NCBI GenBank assembly: GCA_900755065.1
Contig: CAAEFC010000022.1
Coordinates: forward strand, 17,449-81,448
DNA: 64,000 bases
Direction of reading: 5' to 3'
Source of the DNA: Bacilli bacterium
Lineage (GTDB): Bacteria > Bacillota_I > Bacilli_A > RFN20 > CAG-449
Position numbers and translations under genes: made by a program. This document shows, one piece after another, positions 56,596-64,000 of this stretch. Each line of letters opens with the position of its first letter. The first letter of the stretch is position 1. The notes beneath the pieces were generated by a model, which was not told where the DNA came from, searched no databases, and worked only from the letters and a program-made list of their open reading frames with translations.

Positions 56596-56982
56596 TTACC
56601 GATCGATCATCTTTTCCAGATAAAGATGCACCGCATCGAGACCTTCGATCCGCGTGCAACCGGCGTCGGAAACAGACAGAAGCGTAGGCGCGGAAAGGAT
56701 TTTTTCTTCCGACCGGTAAGAAAGATATTCTTCTTCGCCCATGTTCAGGTAATACAGATCGACGACAAGATAAACGCGGCTTTGCAGAATGTAATCGAGA
56801 ACCGCCCGGCAACTGAAACAATCCGGGAGATAAAACAAAACGGCGTACGTTTCTTTTTCGATCGCCCCGATTTCCGAAATCCGCACATGATGATCGCGGA
56901 TAGCATAAACCTCGGCCTGCTTCGGCAAATAAATCAACAGTACTGTCCAAAAAGTCAACAACCATCTGAGCAAAAGGTCCAT
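56596..56982 (-). CDS. membrane-anchored thioredoxin-fold protein with CxxC (CFSC)
   Basis: N-terminal TM, then AVLFYLPDCFSCRAVLDYI. SD is AAGGAAGG. Upstream of, and probably co-transcribed with, the TPR gene. Confidence 0.5.
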   Translation of the reverse strand: MDLLLRWLLTFWTVLLIYLPKQAEVYAIRDHHVRISEIGAIEKETYAVLFYLPDCFSCRAVLDYILQSRVYLVVDLYYLNMGEEEYLSYRSEEKILSAPTLLSVSDAGCTRIEGLDAVHLYLEKMIDR

Positions 56983-57056
56983 ATTCTTCCTTCCTTATCA
57001 AATGATTCGTCGAAAAGGGTAAAAAATCCCAAAATGTGGTAAAATGTTTTCGGTGA

Positions 57057-57977
57057 TTGCAATTGAAAAAGAATCATTTCGAAGACACTCGATCCCTCGC
57101 TTACGTCTCTCTGATGAGCGGAATCTCTCTGGCGCTCGTTCTCATCGCTTATTTTATCGACGGAATCGGCTTGCTTCTCGTTCTGGTTCTTCCGCTTTGC
57201 TCGGCTCTGGTGGCCACGAAAGTCAACGCGAAGTACGCCCTTATCTACATCATCGCCACCTTTCTGATTTCCTGCATCGACATTCAACTGGCGGTTTTCA
57301 TTCTCATTCCTTCGTTAATTTCGGGTCTGATCTTCGGAAAACTGATCAAAATTTACGTGCAGGGGTATTTCATCATCTTCCTCGACGCACTGGCCATGCT
57401 TCTCATGCAGATCGGGGCGACGGAACTCGTCGATTTTCTCTATGCCGTCGATCTGGTATCGGCGCTTTCCCACCTTTTAAGATTGAGCGAAGCGACGTTT
57501 CAGAACGCCTATTTTCTGTTTCTGTTTCTGCTTTCGCTCATGGAAGCCTGCCTTTGCTATCTGATCATCACCAACGAACTGAAAAAAATGAATATGGAAT
57601 TCAACGAAAAAAAGAATCGGTTTTTGACGGTTCTGACCCTCGAATCCCTTTGCGTCGCATCGACGGGAATCGTGCTGTTCTTCTCCTCGTCTTTCGGCTA
57701 TCTCCTTTTAGGAATTTCCGCGTATTTCGCCGTCATTCTGGCTTACTATAATTTATCCTTTTATCGGAAAAAAGATGTCCTCGCTCTTCAAATTCCTCTG
57801 TACGTCGTGTCTCTTGTCGCGATGGCTGCGCTACTGTCCCGGATAGAAAAGCCGTCTCAGCCGTATCTTTTCCTGTTACCGATGATCAGCCAGATCCTGG
57901 TTTCTCTGGAAATCGTCTTTTATCAGAAATGCATCAAGAAAAGCAAAATCACTTCGGCATTGTTTGATAAATTCTGA
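57057..57977 (+). CDS. polytopic membrane protein, possibly DUF2232/YybS-like
   Basis: About 8 TM segments. The N-terminus TRSLAYVSLMSGISLALVLIAYF...LVLVLPLCSALVATK resembles YybS-family starts. TTG start is uncertain. Confidence 0.5.
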   Translation: MQLKKNHFEDTRSLAYVSLMSGISLALVLIAYFIDGIGLLLVLVLPLCSALVATKVNAKYALIYIIATFLISCIDIQLAVFILIPSLISGLIFGKLIKIYVQGYFIIFLDALAMLLMQIGATELVDFLYAVDLVSALSHLLRLSEATFQNAYFLFLFLLSLMEACLCYLIITNELKKMNMEFNEKKNRFLTVLTLESLCVASTGIVLFFSSSFGYLLLGISAYFAVILAYYNLSFYRKKDVLALQIPLYVVSLVAMAALLSRIEKPSQPYLFLLPMISQILVSLEIVFYQKCIKKSKITSALFDKF

Positions 57978-58010
57978 CGAAATAGGTAAAATAAGAGAGA
58001 GGTTGGAATT

Positions 58011-58415
58011 ATGTTCGATTTTTTAAAAACCTGCGGTCTCGGCTTGCTCTATCTGATTCTGTCTCCGTTTATTCTGGCTTTCGTGGCCCTGTACGCGGTT
58101 TTTTCGCTTTTCGTCTTCATTTACATGTTCTTTAAACGAGTGGTTCTGTTTTTTTCCGGCGAAGACATGAAAGAAGGCATGAAGATCGATCGCCTTGCCC
58201 GAATGCACATTCAGAATCAGGACGAAGAAAAAGAAAAGACATCTTCGGAAGTCACGCCGGTCATCGAAAAGAACGTCACGACCGTCGTTCAGCCGATCAT
58301 CATTCAGACCGACCAGAACGGCGTGCTGAAATCGGTGCAGATCGCTCCGACTTCTGCGCCGGAAATCGCTTCTTCCGAACCGATCGCCGATGAAGAGGGA
58401 GGCGAAGAGAAATGA
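58011..58415 (+). CDS. hypothetical membrane protein (2 TM, acidic tail)
   Basis: SD GAGAGG. ATGA overlap with the next ORF. Confidence 0.6.
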   Translation: MFDFLKTCGLGLLYLILSPFILAFVALYAVFSLFVFIYMFFKRVVLFFSGEDMKEGMKIDRLARMHIQNQDEEKEKTSSEVTPVIEKNVTTVVQPIIIQTDQNGVLKSVQIAPTSAPEIASSEPIADEEGGEEK

Positions 58416-59101
58416 ACGCGCTGATCAAACTCTCCGAATCGGACCGCCGCGTTCTGATCGCGCTTTGTCTGGTGCTGATTATTCTTCTGGTTCTTTTCGG
58501 CTATCTGGTCAAACTGATCCGCTACATACTGAAAAAGAAGGCCGATTTCGTCGACAATTCGATGTACGACCTCCTCGACGCCAATGTCATTCTCAACAAA
58601 AAACACTTCCGGAAAGTTTCCTTTGAAAAAAACCGAAGAAAATTCTATTTTGAAGCTCGTCTTCCGGTTTTCTTCCTTCTGCTCTCCCTGTTTATGATCT
58701 TCATCTATCTCTGCGTCGCGGGATTCAATCTCGATTTCATCGGCTTCTACACCCGCGAACTGGCCTTCAAACTGGACTGGTCGGAATCGGGCGATATCCT
58801 TTTAGGTTTTATTCCCGTCTTCGCGGAATGGCCGAAGATCGTGAAAACGCCGTTTTTTTACTTCAACCGCATCGAAGCGTGGCTGACCTATCTCTTCGAT
58901 CTGGGCATGCTCTACGGAACGGTGCATTTCCTGCTCTGTTCGATTTTCTATCTGGCGAGAAATTACCGCACCCTCACGCTTTCATCGGAATATTTCAAGA
59001 AAGACGTACACGCGCTGAAAGAGGCGAAATTAGCGGCAAAAGGCGTTCACGTCAAAGAGCCGAGCGAAGAAATGAAAAAGATCATCGAAAAAGAATCCTG
59101 A
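58412..59101 (+). CDS. hypothetical membrane protein (about 4 TM)
   Basis: Translationally coupled to 58011-58415. No family recognised. Confidence 0.6.
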   Translation: MNALIKLSESDRRVLIALCLVLIILLVLFGYLVKLIRYILKKKADFVDNSMYDLLDANVILNKKHFRKVSFEKNRRKFYFEARLPVFFLLLSLFMIFIYLCVAGFNLDFIGFYTRELAFKLDWSESGDILLGFIPVFAEWPKIVKTPFFYFNRIEAWLTYLFDLGMLYGTVHFLLCSIFYLARNYRTLTLSSEYFKKDVHALKEAKLAAKGVHVKEPSEEMKKIIEKES

Positions 59102-59127
59102 ACGATCGAAAAAAATGAAAAAAAGAT

Positions 59128-59156
59128 TTGCATTTTCTTCGGAATGTGCATATAAT
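59128..59156 (+). promoter_or_regulatory. sigma-A promoter with no downstream ORF
   Basis: TTGCAT, 17-nt spacer, TATAAT. Confidence 0.6.
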
Positions 59157-59162
59157 CTTTGT

Positions 59163-59344
59163 AAGTATAAAGAGAAGCCGATGTAATACTCGCGTATCAT
59201 TCGGCTATCCAATCTTTATACCCTGACCGTTTTGACTTTAAAACTTCGGTTTGAGTCCCGAAACGGCGCAACCGGCTGATTGGAAATGAAACTCCAATAA
59301 AGCCACTTATCGAAAAAATCTTCCGGCGATCCGGAATTTTTTTT
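59163..59344 (+). ncRNA. candidate orphan small RNA (about 180 nt), family unknown
   Basis: Lies between the promoter and an intrinsic terminator. Three verified hairpins: 59165-59221 (GTATAAAGA/TCTTTATAC closing stem with inner AGCCGA/TCGGCT), 59227-59266 (CCGTTT/AAACGG with an AAAC-UUCG-GUUU tip), and 59274-59304 (GGCT..ATTGG/CCAAT..AGCC). There is no ORF longer than 5 codons on this strand. Confidence 0.45.
59321..59344. terminator. bidirectional intrinsic terminator
   Basis: TTCCGG-cgat-CCGGAA hairpin followed by T8; an A-run precedes it, serving the minus-strand GNAT gene. Confidence 0.75.
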
Positions 59345-59356
59345 GCCCTTTTTTCT

Positions 59357-59815
59357 TTATCTCAGCGACATGACGTAAATCTGGCACGGATTTTTTTCGT
59401 CCCACAGTCGCGGAAAGACCTCAAATTCTTTAAACCCCAGACTTTGATAAAATCGGTTTGTCCGATCATATTCTTCGTATCGACCCGTTTGAACGGTTTT
59501 TACCTGAATAAAAGAGAATCCGTCTTCCACCGCTTTTTCTTTGGCCGAAAGAAATAACCGCCGGCCGATTCCCTGACGGTGGAATTCCTTCAATACGCCC
59601 ATGACGCTCAGTTCTACCGTATCTTTTCCCGTTTTCCGAAGGCAAAGAAAACCGATCGGCTTTTCTTCTTTTTTCATAGCCCAAAACAGGGAGTGAACGC
59701 TGTCCCGAATATAGTCTTCCCTTGCCTTTGAAAGGCCGAACCATTCCGGCAAAGCCTCCAATATCCTCCGGGCGATCGCTTCTTTTTCTTTGCCGTCCTC
59801 TACTTGCAGGATCAT
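59357..59815 (-). CDS. GNAT-family N-acetyltransferase
   Basis: FHRQGIGRRLFLSAKE acetyl-CoA motif, 152 aa. Confidence 0.8.
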   Translation of the reverse strand: MILQVEDGKEKEAIARRILEALPEWFGLSKAREDYIRDSVHSLFWAMKKEEKPIGFLCLRKTGKDTVELSVMGVLKEFHRQGIGRRLFLSAKEKAVEDGFSFIQVKTVQTGRYEEYDRTNRFYQSLGFKEFEVFPRLWDEKNPCQIYVMSLR

Positions 59816-59855
59816 TCCGTGTGCCTTTATCCGATCGTATGGCGAAAACGCCGTT

Positions 59856-60842
59856 CTATTTTAAACCGTCCGGATGTTTGGTGTGGAACAGATACGCCGA
59901 CGAGAGGATATCCTCCAACGACTTTTCATTCTGCCACCCCAGAACCCTTTTCGCCTTTTCGTTGGAAGCGATCAGGACGGCCGGATCGCCCGCGCGACGC
60001 CCTTCATACTCCGTTTTGATCGGTTTTCCGACGATTTTTTCGCTCGTTTCGATCATCTCTCTGACGCTTTGCCCTTCACCGGAGCCGAGATTGAAGATGT
60101 CGGATTCATGACCGGCGAGAAGGTATTCCACCGCCTTGACGTGCGCGGAAGCCAGATCTTCGACATGAATATAATCGCGGATGCACGTTCCGTCCCGGGT
60201 CGGATAGTCGTCGCCGTAAACCGAAATGTGATCGCGTTTCCCTAACGGCACTTGGAGAATCAGAGGAATCAGGTGCGTTTCCGGATTGTGATCTTCGCCC
60301 AGACTTCCGTCCATCGCCGCGCCCGCGGCATTGAAGTAGCGGAGAGAAACATAACGGATGCCGATGCAACGGTCGCACCAACGCATCATCGTCTCCATCA
60401 TCAGTTTGGTCTCCCCGTACACCGAACTCGGATTCGTCGGGGTGTCTTCCGTCAGAGGACTTCTGTCCTGTTCGCCGTAAGTCGCCGCGCTGGAAGAAAA
60501 GACGATCTTGTTCACCTTCGCCTCTTGCATGGCTTCCAATAGAGCGATCATGCCGTAAACGTTATTGTCGAAATACGCTAACGGATCCTGCATGCTCACC
60601 CCGACCAGAGATAAAGCGGCGAAGTGAACGACCGCGTCTACCTTTTCTTTTTTCAGGATTTCGGCCAGTTCGTCCTTTTTCCGGATATCCAGTTGGTAAA
60701 ACTTCGCCCTCGGATCCACGCTCGAACGGTGGCCGGTATTCAATGAATCCACCACGACCACTTCATAGCCGCGATCGAGAAAATACCGCGTGTTGATCGA
60801 GCCGATGTAACCGGCTCCGCCTACGATTAAAACTTTTGCCAT
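59856..60842 (-). CDS. galE: UDP-glucose 4-epimerase
   Basis: VLIVGGAGYIGS Rossmann motif and SVYGETK (YxxxK). The start is M7 of the track ORF, with SD GAGGAGG. Confidence 0.9.
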   Translation of the reverse strand: MAKVLIVGGAGYIGSINTRYFLDRGYEVVVVDSLNTGHRSSVDPRAKFYQLDIRKKDELAEILKKEKVDAVVHFAALSLVGVSMQDPLAYFDNNVYGMIALLEAMQEAKVNKIVFSSSAATYGEQDRSPLTEDTPTNPSSVYGETKLMMETMMRWCDRCIGIRYVSLRYFNAAGAAMDGSLGEDHNPETHLIPLILQVPLGKRDHISVYGDDYPTRDGTCIRDYIHVEDLASAHVKAVEYLLAGHESDIFNLGSGEGQSVREMIETSEKIVGKPIKTEYEGRRAGDPAVLIASNEKAKRVLGWQNEKSLEDILSSAYLFHTKHPDGLK

Positions 60843-60856
60843 TTTTTTCTTCCTCC

Positions 60857-61942
60857 TCATCGATGAATGCTCAACAGATTTTCAATGGTTTCCAATGCTG
60901 TCGTTTTCGGAATTCGCAACGTCATTTTTCCGTTTCTCACTTCCGTGCCGGTCGTTTTGATCTCTCTTGAAGCCGCCGCGACAGAAGCGTCGGTATCTTC
61001 TTCCCTGACCCCGTATCCGGCGGAAAAGACATACCCGCCCAATTCGCGGATTGCGTTGTCGGCATCGAGATTTCCGTAAACCGAAGAAGAAACGATCCGA
61101 TCGGATTTTTCCGTTTCCAGAGAAACGTAATTGGACGAGACGATCGACTCTTCCTCACTCAGACACAGCGCGTAACTCGCATTCGTCAGATACGCTTCTT
61201 TCAAGGTATCCACGTAACGGACGCGATAAGCGCTGTCCTGGAACGCCGGATAATCTTCCTCTTTTCCCATGACGACGAAATCGTAATAACCGTTGGGAAG
61301 AAGATTGACATTTTCCACCGAGACGATCAGCGCCGGCGAAGACGCCTTTCCTTTGACGGTGATCTTTTTCCGGTGATTGTCCGCGTCCGGGAACGAATAC
61401 ACCGTCGTTTCGGTCAGTTTTTCGCCCGTGAACCGGTAGCAGACCCCTTTGGATTCGGCGATATCGAAGGAACGGCAGAGCATATAATCGCCCTCGTCCA
61501 GCGCGAACAGATCGATCTGCTGATCCAGTTTTTCGCCCAGAGTGAATTTCAGACTGTCGCTCACGAGAAACGGCGAACTCAACAGGTCGACGAGCCAGAC
61601 CGCGCTTTCGTAATGCACGTTTTCGCCGTCCACCCGCGTATCGTCGGTCAGCAGATATTTTCCGTAAAGGGCGAAATCGGCGACATCGACCTTTCCCGAA
61701 ATGTGTTCTTCGTACAACGCCATCGATTTGGAGGAAGACCGACCGTTCAGCGCGATGATCTCGCTGTTGACGACCCGATTCTTTTCCACTGCATAACGGA
61801 CGATCGTATCGATGACGAGATAGGAAAAATAGCACAGCAAAAGCGCGTTGATGACGATCAGCACTCCCCGGATTCTTTTTTTCTGCCGAAGTTTCTTTTT
61901 CAGATTTTCTTCGTCGTTGAATTCTTTCAATTCCACCGCCAT
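60857..61942 (-). CDS. hypothetical N-terminally anchored extracytoplasmic protein
   Basis: SD GGAGAG and one TM (VLIVINALLLCYFSYLVIDTIV). No family recognised. Confidence 0.65.
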   Translation of the reverse strand: MAVELKEFNDEENLKKKLRQKKRIRGVLIVINALLLCYFSYLVIDTIVRYAVEKNRVVNSEIIALNGRSSSKSMALYEEHISGKVDVADFALYGKYLLTDDTRVDGENVHYESAVWLVDLLSSPFLVSDSLKFTLGEKLDQQIDLFALDEGDYMLCRSFDIAESKGVCYRFTGEKLTETTVYSFPDADNHRKKITVKGKASSPALIVSVENVNLLPNGYYDFVVMGKEEDYPAFQDSAYRVRYVDTLKEAYLTNASYALCLSEEESIVSSNYVSLETEKSDRIVSSSVYGNLDADNAIRELGGYVFSAGYGVREEDTDASVAAASREIKTTGTEVRNGKMTLRIPKTTALETIENLLSIHR

Positions 61943-61955
61943 GGCCGCTCTCCGA

Positions 61956-63341
61956 TCAATAGTCGATCCTGCCGTACGTTCTCGGGAACGGCTCGACGTC
62001 GCGGATATTTTCCATTCCGCTGATGTACATCAGAAGCCGATCGAAGCCGATGCCGAAACCGGCATGCTTGCAACCGCCGTATTTTCTCAGGTCGAGATAC
62101 CATTGGTATTCTTTCAAATCCAGTCCGGCCTCTTCCATTTTCTTTTTCAGGACGTCGTAACGCTCTTCTCTTTGCGATCCTCCGACCAGTTCGCCGACGC
62201 CGGGAACCAGAAGGTCGCATGCGGCGACGGTTTTTCCGTCATCGTTGTCGCGCATATAGTAGGACTTGATTTCTCTCGGATAGTTGATCAGGAAAACCGG
62301 CCCTTTCACGATTTGCTCCGTGATGTATTTTTCGTGTTCGCTCTGCAAATCGAGTCCCCAGCGGATATCGCTGTTTTCAAAAGGATGACCGTCTTCGACG
62401 GCTTTTTGAAGAATTTCGATCGCGTCCGTGTATTCCATTCTCCGGAAAGGGGTATTGATCACGTGATTCAGCCTTTCTTTCAGGGTATTGTCGATGTATT
62501 TGTCGAAGAAATCCATCTCCTCCGGTGCGTTTTCAAAGCAGTAACGGATGCAGTAGATGAGACAATCCTCGATGAGTTCCATGTCGTCTTCCAGATCGGC
62601 AAAGGCGATTTCCGGTTCGATCATCCAGAATTCGGCGGCGTGGTTTTTCGTATTGGATTTCTCGCTTCTGAACGTCGGCCCGAACGTATAGACGTCCCGG
62701 AAAGCCATCGCAAAGGCTTCGACGTGAATCTGTCCCGAGCCGGAAAGCAGGGTCGTTTTCCCGAAATAACTCTCCGGATCCTTATCGTTGATCACGCAAT
62801 GAAACATATTGTCCCCTTCGCAGGAAATTCCCGTCAGAATCGGCGTATGCACGTAGACGAATCCCTGATCCTGAAAGAACTCGTGAATCGCCATCGAAAG
62901 CACGCTTCTCAGACGAAAAACCGCATTGAAGGTATTCGTTCTCGGCCGAAGATGAGCGATTTCCCGGAGATATTCAAACGTATGCCTTTTCTTTTGCAAC
63001 GGAAAAGAAGCGTCGACGCTTCCTTCTAACGTCAAAGAAGTCACCCGGATTTCGAAAGGCTGTTTCGCGTTCTCGGTGAGGACGAACTTTCCTTTCACGT
63101 CGATCGCGCTTCCGTTGAGAAGGTGCGAAACTTCGGAATAATTCGCGATCGATTTATCGTAGACCAGTTGCAGATTGCGGAAATACGTTCCGTCGTTGAA
63201 TTCGATGAATCCGATCGATCCGCTGTCGCGGTTGGTCCGGATCCAGCCTTCCAGTTCGACGTTGTCGATGGAGTCGAGAACCAGATGATCGCCGTAGAAA
63301 TATGCCTCGTACAATTCCCGAACCGTTTTAAACTCTTCCAT
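61956..63341 (-). CDS. asnS: asparagine--tRNA ligase
   Basis: OB-fold N-terminus (LEGWIRTNRD), class II motifs FRSE and GFGIGFDRL, and GGSQREERYD. The start is M7 of the track ORF, with SD GGAGGT. Confidence 0.9.
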   Translation of the reverse strand: MEEFKTVRELYEAYFYGDHLVLDSIDNVELEGWIRTNRDSGSIGFIEFNDGTYFRNLQLVYDKSIANYSEVSHLLNGSAIDVKGKFVLTENAKQPFEIRVTSLTLEGSVDASFPLQKKRHTFEYLREIAHLRPRTNTFNAVFRLRSVLSMAIHEFFQDQGFVYVHTPILTGISCEGDNMFHCVINDKDPESYFGKTTLLSGSGQIHVEAFAMAFRDVYTFGPTFRSEKSNTKNHAAEFWMIEPEIAFADLEDDMELIEDCLIYCIRYCFENAPEEMDFFDKYIDNTLKERLNHVINTPFRRMEYTDAIEILQKAVEDGHPFENSDIRWGLDLQSEHEKYITEQIVKGPVFLINYPREIKSYYMRDNDDGKTVAACDLLVPGVGELVGGSQREERYDVLKKKMEEAGLDLKEYQWYLDLRKYGGCKHAGFGIGFDRLLMYISGMENIRDVEPFPRTYGRIDY

Positions 63342-63487
63342 ACTTACCTCCAAGATCAAGCGCTATGCTTTAATCATTATAACTTTTTATTACGCAAATT
63401 TTAATATTTTGTTCCTTTGATTTTAAAAAACTTTTTTTGGGAAGAAACGCTTTTTTCTGCGATTAGATAAGTGTGAAGGAGAAATTT

Positions 63488-64000
63488 ATGAAAACCGACT
63501 ACCGTTTGCCTCTTGGAATCTTATCTCTTTGTTTTACCCTCCCTTTTGCCTCGGGTCAAAGGGAAAAAGCGGAAGCCCTGACCGACGACTATCTCGACGG
63601 CGTATTTCAGATGTGCCAGTATCAGGACGAAACCGAAAATTACTTTCTGGGCAATTCCCTCTTTGAACTCAAACCCAACACGTTCGCGCTTCACAACTCG
63701 ATCTGTCTGAATCCGACCGACACGAAACATCTGACCATCGTGCTGGAATTTGAAGAAAGCCTCTTTCCGACCGCTGCGGAAATCACGCTGTCCGCGACTT
63801 TCGCCGACGCCAAAGACGCGAGTCAGAAAAAGACGTGGACGCACACCTACGACAGCGATATGGGCGTATCTTTCGATCAACTTCCCGACTGCGATTATTA
63901 TCTCTACGACAACATCCTGTATCTGGAATACGATTTAAGCGGATTTTCCGATCCGTTCGTCATCAACGGCATCGACCGGGAAGAATACTTTTACGTGCAG
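63488..64000 (+). CDS. hypothetical secreted protein, N-terminal 171 codons (runs off the right edge)
   Basis: Not in the ORF track because it is open-ended. SD AAGGAG. My translation reads MKTDYRLPLGILSLCFTLPFASGQREKAE..., a signal-peptide-like start. Open to position 64000. Confidence 0.6.
   Translation, partial: MKTDYRLPLGILSLCFTLPFASGQREKAEALTDDYLDGVFQMCQYQDETENYFLGNSLFELKPNTFALHNSICLNPTDTKHLTIVLEFEESLFPTAAEITLSATFADAKDASQKKTWTHTYDSDMGVSFDQLPDCDYYLYDNILYLEYDLSGFSDPFVINGIDREEYFYVQ

Noticed and set aside
59163-59344. Assignment of the orphan RNA to 6S RNA, SRP RNA, tmRNA, or a purine or fluoride riboswitch.
   Set aside because: There is no 5'/3' closing stem with a central bubble (6S). 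There is no GGAAGCAGC domain-IV motif (SRP) and no tRNA-like ends (tmRNA). The junction and loop sequences do not fit purine or fluoride consensus. It stays unassigned.

Overview
This is a 64-kb chromosomal segment from a Bacillota (Firmicutes) genome. G+C is about 50% by eye and coding density is high, with roughly 70 protein genes, most on the minus strand. It is dominated by housekeeping genes, and several blocks mirror Bacillus subtilis gene order: ylbD-ylbE-ylbF ... rsmD-coaD facing a ylbJ-like gene, pgsA-cinA(C-terminal)-recA, gpsB-rnpB, recU-ponA, nth-dnaD, asnS, miaB-ymcA and rny-ymdB-spoVS.

Other clear calls:
- Translation and RNA metabolism: gltX, trpS, def, RNase J, hpf, an RluA-family pseudouridine synthase.
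- Metabolism: glpK (5' part, open at the left edge), metK, pduL, phosphoglucomutase, galE, a Cof-type HAD hydrolase, a short aspartokinase-like kinase, a choloylglycine-hydrolase-family gene.
- Other: maf, cdaA, exoA, two GNATs, and two operons of heterodimeric ABC exporters.
- RNA genes: tRNA-Ser(GGA), tRNA-Val(GAC) and a type-B RNase P RNA.

Features absent from the ORF track:
- Open-ended ORFs at both window edges.
- A 57-aa YjcZ-like ORF (7925-8098).
- A 57-aa ORF just upstream of metK.

I see no CRISPR array, no intact transposase or integrase, and no recognisable defence island, so I cannot point to a clearly novel multi-gene system.

Most noteworthy observations:
1. A 27-bp duplication of a gene end brackets a 418-bp AT-rich insert next to rny. 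This looks like the remnant of an integrated element.
2. One ORF fuses a truncated CCA-adding-type nucleotidyltransferase to an M19 dipeptidase.
3. An orphan promoter-to-terminator unit looks like an unassigned small RNA.
4. A membrane-protein gene is broken at a C9 homopolymer.
5. About 450 bp upstream of cdaA is noncoding and unexplained.
6. A small DUF11-like protein carries an extremely Cys-rich tail.
7. Two uncharacterised paralogous genes sit inside the rlu-pgcA operon.

All family assignments rest on motif recognition by eye, not on database searches.
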